Positions 51,404 through 58,515 of a stretch of 64,000 nucleotides of DNA are shown here, in pieces. The stretch spans positions 5,214 through 69,213 of the forward strand of contig DATDGC010000003.1 in the NCBI GenBank assembly GCA_036522275.1, read 5' to 3'. A program made the position numbers and the translations under genes. The notes beneath the pieces are model-generated. The model did no database searches and was not told where the DNA came from. It saw only the letters and a list, made by a program, of their open reading frames with translations. The DNA comes from Burkholderiales bacterium. Its GTDB lineage: Bacteria; Pseudomonadota; Gammaproteobacteria; Burkholderiales; JAHFRG01. Position 1 is the first letter of the stretch; the number at the start of each line of letters is the position of its first letter.

Positions 51404-52139
51404 ACGCGCCATCGGCTTTACCCTCATTGAGCTGGCTATCGTTCTGTTCATTCTCACGCTGATGTTAGCCGGCTTTCTGGTGCCACTCGCGACACAAGTC
51501 GATCAACGCAACATCAGCGACACGCAAAAAAATCTCAATGACATCAAGGAAGCCCTGATCGGGTTCGCGCTGGCAAACGGCCGTCTGCCCTGTCCTGCAG
51601 ATCCAACCATCGCAACTGGTCTGGCCAACGCTGGGGTGGAAAGGGCCATATGCACGGGAGCCAATGTAAAGGGAGTATTACCTTGGACGACTTTGGGCGT
51701 CAACGAAACCGACGCTTGGGGAAGGCGCTATACTTACCGTGTAACGCCGAGCTTTGCGGATGCGATTCCCGCCAATACCTTCACGCCGCCAGGTGGTTGC
51801 GCCCCCACCCCGCCCCCGACGCAATCATCGTTCGCGCTCTGCTCTCAGGGCGACATCACCGTCACCGACGGTTCGAGCAACATTGCCACCCAAATTCCGG
51901 CGGTCATTGTTTCGCACGGCAAGAACGGCTACGGAGCTTACACGAGCTTGGGCACTCAATTGTCTACAGCAGGCGCAGGCTCGGACGAGATTACAAATGC
52001 CAATGCCGGCCTCACATTTGTCAGCCGCACTTATACGGACAATCCCGCCGCAACCGGCGGAGCGTTTGATGACATCGTCGTCTGGATCACTCCAAATATC
52101 CTGCTCAACCGCATGGTCGCCGCCGGCAAGCTGCCGTAA
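51372..52139 (+). CDS. Prepilin-type (type IV pilin-like) minor pilin
   Basis: Leader MIVTAYSKFPERAIG then FTLIELAIVLFILTLMLAGFLVPL (class III signal with Glu5). Ends FDDIVVWITPNILLNRMVAAGKLP. Overlaps the previous gene by 32 nt. Confidence 0.8.
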   Translation: MIVTAYSKFPERAIGFTLIELAIVLFILTLMLAGFLVPLATQVDQRNISDTQKNLNDIKEALIGFALANGRLPCPADPTIATGLANAGVERAICTGANVKGVLPWTTLGVNETDAWGRRYTYRVTPSFADAIPANTFTPPGGCAPTPPPTQSSFALCSQGDITVTDGSSNIATQIPAVIVSHGKNGYGAYTSLGTQLSTAGAGSDEITNANAGLTFVSRTYTDNPAATGGAFDDIVVWITPNILLNRMVAAGKLP

Positions 52140-52145
52140 AGGATG

Positions 52146-53849
52146 TTACGCCGCCGGAGAAAGCTCGAAGCACACCTTGCCGATCTGGTTGCTGGCAAGG
52201 CGCAAACGGTAACCCTGCTCCTCTGCTTGGCGCCATGCCTGGAATAAGCCTATCCCCAGCCCCGTTTGCGAGGGCACAGGTCCGCTGAATAGCTGCCTGG
52301 CGACGGATTCGCTGAGCGGAACGCCATCATCGCAAATACTGAGCTTGGGTTTCAAAGCGCATGAAAAACTTACGCTGATGCGCAAGCCGGGCTCAAGCTT
52401 TCTTTTTTGCAAAGCATTTTGCAGCAGATTGTCCGCGATGCTGTCGAATAGCTCCGCCGGAACCAGCGTGTTTGTGGCAATATCCAGGTCCTTAAACTCA
52501 ACCGGTTCGCTGATATTACGCTGCTTGAAATTACCCCACCAATCTGGCGCCGGAACCTCGCGGGTTTCAGACTTCTGCGGTGCTTGCAATTTATCCATTG
52601 TCCATTGCAGGCGCTGCACGATTTGCGGCAACTGGCGTTGGATCAGGGCGCGCAGCGCTTCGGCGTCGTTTTCATTGCTGGTTTCGGCGGCAACGCAAAG
52701 CGATTTTAGAGACTGTAGTAGATTTTTCACGTCATGGGTCAATCTGGCGCCCGTCTCATATACCGCCTGGGTATAGGCGTTTTGCCGCTCCTGCTTTTCC
52801 CGCTGCTTGGCACTATAAAAATCCGCCAGCAAGCGGAGCAGCAACTTGACATGGAGCAGCAGTGCGGGACTCAACTCCCACTTGCTATACAAAACCATGT
52901 TGAGATCACCATATGAAAACTCGGCGGGAAACTTGGAGACGCCGCCCTGTTTCCGTTCACTACCCGGTACCCGCCAGCTTATTCCCGCGACCCAGGGAAG
53001 CACGGTAATTTCGTGTACCGCCATAATCAGGAACTTTTCCGGATTGGCTTCACGGTCGGCAAGATTTGCAAGGCTGTGCATCCAGCGCTCGAATGGCAGG
53101 CCAACCGAGAGCAGATAGCGCGACACCAGCTGGCCCATTCCGTCAAAGCCGGAACGCGGGTCCCACAGCCAGCTTAATGCGAACAACAGAATTGATATCA
53201 TTCCCAGGGTTTGCACAAGGGCCAGCGCGTAGCCGCCCTGATTCACCTGCTTCACCACGAATGCGCCAAGCACCAGCGCGGCAGTAAGCAGGAATAGCAA
53301 GAGGCTGTAAAACAAATCCACTACGCGCTGTCCCGACTCAGGTTCGGTTTCCGTCTTGATAAAAAATATCGACACAATCGGCAGCAGCAGTCCGTAGCGG
53401 GCCAGCAGCGACATTGCATCGGGAAACTTGAGATCAGCAAAAAGATGCGGCACTACCCACATCAAGAGCACGGCGAGCAGATAGATCGCGGCTAGCAGTG
53501 ATATGGCGCGCTGCCCGCGCTGGCGCTTGCCGGGCACATTGCCGCCAATTAGCGCAAACAGAACCGAGATCCATACCGCCATCAGCCACCAGCTGTTCCA
53601 GACGGTAAACAACACCCCGGTAACGATTACCAGCACGGCATGCCGGATATCCAAATTGCGTTCGCCGCCCCATATTGGCTGCCACAGCAGAAATAGTCCG
53701 AAATGCGACAGCACAAACCCGCGCGCAAGCCAGCTATCCATCTCTAATAACAGCACTGCGTGCAGCGCCAGCAGCATCAGGCCAAGAAACCATTGCTGGC
53801 GGGAAGCGACGAAATTCTGGCTCAAGCCGATTATTCCAGTAGGGGGCAT
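52146..53849 (-). CDS. Polytopic sensor histidine kinase (PilS- or PrsK-like)
   Basis: 567 aa. The first 230 aa or so contain at least 6 hydrophobic helices, followed by a linker domain. H-box ARLTHDVKNLLQSL and a C-terminal HATPase (N-box DNLLQNAL, G-boxes DDG...GLGIGL). Convergent with the minor pilin gene, with a 6-nt gap. Confidence 0.85.
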   Translation of the reverse strand: MPPTGIIGLSQNFVASRQQWFLGLMLLALHAVLLLEMDSWLARGFVLSHFGLFLLWQPIWGGERNLDIRHAVLVIVTGVLFTVWNSWWLMAVWISVLFALIGGNVPGKRQRGQRAISLLAAIYLLAVLLMWVVPHLFADLKFPDAMSLLARYGLLLPIVSIFFIKTETEPESGQRVVDLFYSLLLFLLTAALVLGAFVVKQVNQGGYALALVQTLGMISILLFALSWLWDPRSGFDGMGQLVSRYLLSVGLPFERWMHSLANLADREANPEKFLIMAVHEITVLPWVAGISWRVPGSERKQGGVSKFPAEFSYGDLNMVLYSKWELSPALLLHVKLLLRLLADFYSAKQREKQERQNAYTQAVYETGARLTHDVKNLLQSLKSLCVAAETSNENDAEALRALIQRQLPQIVQRLQWTMDKLQAPQKSETREVPAPDWWGNFKQRNISEPVEFKDLDIATNTLVPAELFDSIADNLLQNALQKRKLEPGLRISVSFSCALKPKLSICDDGVPLSESVARQLFSGPVPSQTGLGIGLFQAWRQAEEQGYRLRLASNQIGKVCFELSPAA

Positions 53850-53961
53850 AGGCTATGGCCCGGCATAAAAATTGTTAGGGTAGCTTGCACTTGCATGATT
53901 TACAAATTCATCCGCTTAATTTGAGTTTATACTTCACTCCTTGGTTTTATGCTACTGTCAC

Positions 53962-54738
53962 ATGAGCTCTGCACGCTACCAAGTCTTGACTATTACCCGC
54001 TTCACCTTGCTTGAGGCGCTGCGAACCCGCCTGCCTTGGCTGGTGCTGGCAACTATACTGCTGGCGGTTCTAGGCAGCCTGTTCGTCAAGCAAATCGCGA
54101 TAACAGAAACCGCGCGGCAGCAAACCGCTTTTCTCGCCGCCAGCTTGCGGTTTGCCGCGGTATTTATCCTCGGGCTTTACATCAGCAGCAGCATGGTACG
54201 CGAATTTAACGACAAAGGACTTGAGCTTTTGCTCTCCTTGGATTTGCCACGCGCTGCCTATGCCAGCGGTAAGTTTTTGGGATTCTCCTTGATTGCCCTG
54301 CTGATGACCGCCCTTATTTGCCTGCCGATTTTCTTCCTCGCGCCGCTGCCAGCAGTGTTGCTGTGGGGTGTATCGCTGGCGCTGGAATTGTGGATCGTTG
54401 CCGCATTAAGCCTGTTTTGCACCATTACCTTTACCCAGATCATGCCCGCCACAAGCTTCGTACTGGCATTTTACATCCTTGCACGCGCCATCACTGCGAT
54501 CCGCTTGATAAGCGGTTCCACACTGCTTGATCAGAGCAGCCTGTCGCATCAAGTAACAGTGTTCCTGGTGGACAGCGTGTGGCTTTTGCTGCCCAGCCTA
54601 AATGTTTTTACCCAGACCGCATGGCTTGTCAACCAGGCTGAGTGGCGCATGATTTTGCCAATCGTAGTACAAAGCGCGATTTATATCGGACTGCTGATGG
54701 GTGCGGCGTTATTTGATTTTTATCGCAAGAACTTGTAG
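53962..54738 (+). CDS. Polytopic membrane protein, ABC-2 permease-like (NosY/GldF-type)
   Basis: MSSARYQVLTITRFTLLEALRTRLPWLVLATILLAVLG followed by about 6 TM. No ATPase gene is adjacent. The track start at 53941 is a TTG. Confidence 0.6.
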   Translation: MSSARYQVLTITRFTLLEALRTRLPWLVLATILLAVLGSLFVKQIAITETARQQTAFLAASLRFAAVFILGLYISSSMVREFNDKGLELLLSLDLPRAAYASGKFLGFSLIALLMTALICLPIFFLAPLPAVLLWGVSLALELWIVAALSLFCTITFTQIMPATSFVLAFYILARAITAIRLISGSTLLDQSSLSHQVTVFLVDSVWLLLPSLNVFTQTAWLVNQAEWRMILPIVVQSAIYIGLLMGAALFDFYRKNL

Positions 54739-54740
54739 GC

Positions 54741-55466
54741 ATGCAACAACGTGCATTAAGGACGGCGCCAAAATCCGTTGCATGGATTTTAATAGCGAGC
54801 CTCTGCCTGCAGCTTGCATGGCAGTCCAGCCGGCCACGTCCCGCTGCGTACGCCGAGGCGCTGGTTTTTCCTCCAGACGGTAGAACACTTCAAGCACTCA
54901 GTCTGGGCGAGCCTATCGCTTTGTCACAACTTATGACGCTTTACCTGCAGGCGTTCGACAATCAACCGGGCATCAGCATTCCGTTTCTCGATCTCGATTA
55001 TGACCGCGTTGAAACCTGGCTTGCACGCATCCTCGAGCTTGATCCCGTCGGCCAGTATCCGCTCCTCATGGCCTCCCATCTCTATGCCCAGGTGCCGGAT
55101 GAGCAAAAGCAGCGCAGAATGCTGCAATTCGTTTATGCGCAATTTTTTCACGACCCCAACCGGCGCTGGCCATGGCTGGCCCACGCCGCAATCATGGCCA
55201 AGCACCGGCTGCACGATCTGCCGCTGGCCCTGAAATACGCGCAAGCTATCACCGCGCATGCCTCCGGGCCGGCGGTGCCGCACTGGGCAACGCAGATGCG
55301 CATTTTCCTCCTCGAAGACATGGGCGAAGTGGAGAGCGCTAAAATTCTACTGGGCGGGCTTCTGGTAAGCGGGGTCATCACTGACCCTCATGAGATTCAT
55401 TTGCTCACCGAAGGTCTGCAACGGCTCGAGTCTGAGGAAAAGTCGTCGAAGACGCCGAAAAAATGA
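54741..55466 (+). CDS. Hypothetical membrane-anchored helical protein
   Basis: 241 aa with one N-terminal hydrophobic segment (VAWILIASLCLQLAW), an alpha-helical body and a Lys/Ser-rich end. It starts 3 nt after the permease-like gene. I recognise no motif. Confidence 0.5.
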   Translation: MQQRALRTAPKSVAWILIASLCLQLAWQSSRPRPAAYAEALVFPPDGRTLQALSLGEPIALSQLMTLYLQAFDNQPGISIPFLDLDYDRVETWLARILELDPVGQYPLLMASHLYAQVPDEQKQRRMLQFVYAQFFHDPNRRWPWLAHAAIMAKHRLHDLPLALKYAQAITAHASGPAVPHWATQMRIFLLEDMGEVESAKILLGGLLVSGVITDPHEIHLLTEGLQRLESEEKSSKTPKK

Positions 55467-55588
55467 CATTTGAAATCGACCACAAGCTTAGCTTGCCTGC
55501 CTACCCGGCATAAATGGCCTTGACAACACCCTTGTATATCGCCAAACTGCGCCCCAATGTTGTGTTTGCCCGGGCAAAACGCGAAGCC

Positions 55589-55604
55589 GGGCATGGAATT
55601 TGCT
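55589..55604 (+). promoter_or_regulatory. Sigma-54 (-24/-12) promoter upstream of the pilin gene
   Basis: CGGGCATGGAATTTGCT against the consensus YTGGCACGrNNNTTGCW. The GG and GC elements have the exact 12-nt register (GG 55590-91, GC 55602-03). It lies about 40-50 nt upstream of the pilin start. A 14-bp perfect palindrome TTTGCCCGGGCAAA at 55565-55578 abuts it. Confidence 0.7.
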
Positions 55605-55651
55605 GCTATGTTGTGTATTCAAGAACTTTTACGGTGAAAGGTATGGCTAAA

Positions 55652-56350
55652 ATGATGCGCAAGCAAAGCGGTTTTACCCTGATTGAAATCGCCATCGTGC
55701 TGGTGATTATCGGCTTGCTTTTAGGTGGTGTGCTGAAAGGACAGGAACTCATCACCAGCGCCAGGGTGAGGAACGTCATCAGCCAGCAGGACGGCATCAA
55801 GGCGGCTTTCTTCGGGTTCCAGGACCGCTACCGCGCCCTGCCCGGTGATTACCCTGGCGTGCAGGCAAACGCCAACATTCCCAACGTGGCCGCGATCATC
55901 GGCGGCAACGGTGACGGCCAGATACTCAATGCTGGCGGCAACAATGAACAGACGATGGCCTGGACGCACTTGTCGCACGCGGGTTTTCTCACCGGCAGTT
56001 ACAATATGACAACCGCGACCGATGCCGTCTCCGCGGCCAACACTCCGGCCAATACTTACAACGCTTTTCTGCAACTCATCTACGACAACGTTTACAGCAT
56101 CACTACCGGCGACCCGGGGCCGAGCAACCGCCATAATCTGAAGACGGGCAACCAGGTACCGGTTGAAATCTTGACCGAAGTGGACCGCAAGATTGACGAC
56201 GCCAATCCCGGGCGCGGTTCGTTCCGCTTCAGCGTATACGGCAGCCCAGGCACCACCGCACCCACTGCTGCAACCTGCGCCGACGCCACTATCGCAAACT
56301 GGCTTACCACCAGCGGCCAAACCGATTGCGGCGCTGCCAGCCTGTTCTAG
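55652..56350 (+). CDS. Type IV pilin (candidate major pilin)
   Basis: Leader MMRKQSG then FTLIEIAIVLVIIGLLLGGVLKGQELITSA, with a C-terminal Cys pair (TCADATIANWLTTSGQTDC). In-frame ATGs at 55643, 55652 and 55655 are all possible. The track start at 55514 is unlikely. Confidence 0.85.
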   Translation: MMRKQSGFTLIEIAIVLVIIGLLLGGVLKGQELITSARVRNVISQQDGIKAAFFGFQDRYRALPGDYPGVQANANIPNVAAIIGGNGDGQILNAGGNNEQTMAWTHLSHAGFLTGSYNMTTATDAVSAANTPANTYNAFLQLIYDNVYSITTGDPGPSNRHNLKTGNQVPVEILTEVDRKIDDANPGRGSFRFSVYGSPGTTAPTAATCADATIANWLTTSGQTDCGAASLF

Positions 56351-56366
56351 CAAGATCTGCGAAATT

Positions 56367-56395
56367 AAAAAAGCCTGCTTGCTGCGGGCTTTTTT
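56367..56395. terminator. Bidirectional rho-independent terminator between the pilin gene and the CPA2 gene
   Basis: AAAAAA-GCCTGC-TTGCT-GCGGGC-TTTTTT, between convergent genes. Confidence 0.75.
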
Positions 56396-56408
56396 ATCGC
56401 CAAAAGAT

Positions 56409-58376
56409 TCATCCCTGCATTAATTTGATCTCTGCAGCCGCGAGGTTGTCTTCGGTTCCCAACAGCACCATTACATCGCCCGCTTCGATGCGCATGTCCG
56501 AAGAAGGAGCAAGTCCGCGGATATTACCCTTCCTGATCGCGGTTACTTCAACAGAATAATTTGCCAGATTGATTTCCCCGAGCGTTTTGCCTACCGCCGC
56601 CGCACCCGGGCTAATCACCACGGACTGCAATCGCGGTTGCAGCTTTTCGCTGCCAGGCTCAGTCTCGTCAGTAATGCCATGGAAAAAACCGCGAAACAGG
56701 TCGTAACGCCGCTCGCGGGTTTCCCGTATGCGCCTCAGTACACGATTTAACGGCACGCCCAGCAGCATCAGCGCGTGCGAAGCGAGCATCAGGCTTCCTT
56801 CCATGATTTCCGCCACCACTTCCGTGGCGCCCGCCTGTTTGAGCCGCTCCAAATCAGCATCATCCACAGTGCGCACCAGCACCGGCAGATAGGGCCGTAT
56901 TTTTTGAACATGGCTTAAGATTTTTAATGCCAGCTGCACATTGGATTCCGCCACGACCAGCGCTTTGGCGCGCATCAAGCCCGCAGCGATCAGCACTTCG
57001 TACCTGCCGGCATCGCCATAGACCACGTTCTCACCCGCCGCTGCCGCTTCTTTTATCCGTTGCGGGTCGAGATCCAGCGCCACAAAAGGGATATTTTCCT
57101 GCTCCAGGAAACGCGCCAGATTCTGCCCGCTGCGCCCATAACCGCAGATGATCACGTGCTGCTCCTCTGCCATGGTTTGCACCGCGATGTTATGCAATTG
57201 CATAGCGCGGTTCATCCACTCCGCGCCGCTGAAATGCAGCACCAGGTGTTCGCTTCTCTCGATGATGAACGGCGCAGCGAGCATCGAAAGCAGCATGGCG
57301 GCGAGAACTACTTGTATGACGGCAGGATCGAGCAGTTGCAGGCCTGCCGCCTGCCACAACAACACGAAACCAAATTCCCCGGCTTGCGCTAAGCACAATG
57401 CGGTGCGCAGTGCAATCCCTGGCTGGCTGCCGAACATGCGGCTCAAGCCCGCGATCAGGAGAACCTTCAGCAACACCAGCGCCGTGAGCAAGCCGCCCAC
57501 CGCAAGCCAGTTCTGCAGCACAACCCTGATATCAAGCAACATGCCGATGGTAACGAAGAACAACCCTAGCAGCACGTCGCGAAACGGCTTGATGTCGGCC
57601 TCCACCTGATAGCGGTATTCGGTTTCCGAAATCAGCATCCCCGCGAGAAAGGCACCCAGTGCCAGCGACAAGCCCGCCATGTCGGTGAGAAAAGCCAGGC
57701 CGAGGGTAATCAGCAGTACGTTGAGCACGAACAGCTCGGGTGATTTTTGCCTTGCCACCAGATGAAACCACGCACGCATCAACCGCTGCCCAAAAAACAG
57801 CAGCACGGTCAGCGCCACCACGGCTTTCAGCGCGGCAATACCCAGCGCGGAAGTCATGCCGCTTCCTTCCGCCAATGCCGGCACAATGATGAGGAACGGC
57901 ACCACCGCCAAATCCTGAAACAGCAACACACCGATTATTTGCCTGCCGTGTTGCGTGGGAAGCTCGAGGCGTTCCGCCAGCATTTTGCTGACAATGGCAG
58001 TGGAAGACATGGCAAGCGCCCCGCCGAGCGCGAGGCCCGCTTGCCATTCCAAACCCAGCGCGAGACTGCTGAGCAAGACAATCAGCAAGGTGAACACCAC
58101 TTGCGCGGCGCCCAGGCCGAACACGATGCGGCGCATGGTGATGAGCTTCGGCAGGCTGAATTCCAGGCCGATGCTGAACATCAGGAACACCACGCCGAAT
58201 TCCGCAAGGTAGCGCGTCTCTTGCGCTTCGTGTATCCAAGAGAGCGCATGCGGGCCGATGACGATGCCAACCAGCAAATAACCCAGCAGCGGCGGCAGCT
58301 TAAGCTGCCGGAACAGCACCACCACCAGAACTGCAGCGGCAAGCAGAATCAACACCAGTTGCAACGTAGTGTGCAT
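56409..58376 (-). CDS. CPA2-family monovalent cation/H+ antiporter with KTN (TrkA-N) and TrkA-C domains (KefB/KefC/YbaL-like)
   Basis: MHTTLQLVLILLAAAVLVVVLFRQLKLPPLLGYLLVGIVIGPHAL, about 12 TM, then a Rossmann-type segment (VIICGYGRSGQNLA) and a C-terminal TrkA-C. The ATG at 58376 is preferred because the track start at 58607 overlaps kdsD. Confidence 0.88.
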   Translation of the reverse strand: MHTTLQLVLILLAAAVLVVVLFRQLKLPPLLGYLLVGIVIGPHALSWIHEAQETRYLAEFGVVFLMFSIGLEFSLPKLITMRRIVFGLGAAQVVFTLLIVLLSSLALGLEWQAGLALGGALAMSSTAIVSKMLAERLELPTQHGRQIIGVLLFQDLAVVPFLIIVPALAEGSGMTSALGIAALKAVVALTVLLFFGQRLMRAWFHLVARQKSPELFVLNVLLITLGLAFLTDMAGLSLALGAFLAGMLISETEYRYQVEADIKPFRDVLLGLFFVTIGMLLDIRVVLQNWLAVGGLLTALVLLKVLLIAGLSRMFGSQPGIALRTALCLAQAGEFGFVLLWQAAGLQLLDPAVIQVVLAAMLLSMLAAPFIIERSEHLVLHFSGAEWMNRAMQLHNIAVQTMAEEQHVIICGYGRSGQNLARFLEQENIPFVALDLDPQRIKEAAAAGENVVYGDAGRYEVLIAAGLMRAKALVVAESNVQLALKILSHVQKIRPYLPVLVRTVDDADLERLKQAGATEVVAEIMEGSLMLASHALMLLGVPLNRVLRRIRETRERRYDLFRGFFHGITDETEPGSEKLQPRLQSVVISPGAAAVGKTLGEINLANYSVEVTAIRKGNIRGLAPSSDMRIEAGDVMVLLGTEDNLAAAEIKLMQG

Positions 58377-58515
58377 CGCAGGTTTTCCATATTGACCGAT
58401 CCAATGATGCCGCAATGCGCATGAAATGCAAGTGGCGGCGGCATAAGTAACGCCTCCTGTCCGGCTATGGCTGCCGCAAACAGTGTCCGGGGCGCCTTCT
58501 GCTATACTTGCGGCG

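Noticed and set aside
55652-56350. A PEP-CTERM sorting signal on the pilin or nearby proteins, considered because the two-component pair resembles PrsK/PrsR.
   Set aside because: The pilin ends ...TDCGAASLF, with no PEP motif, TM helix or Arg-rich tail. No exosortase gene is present in the window.
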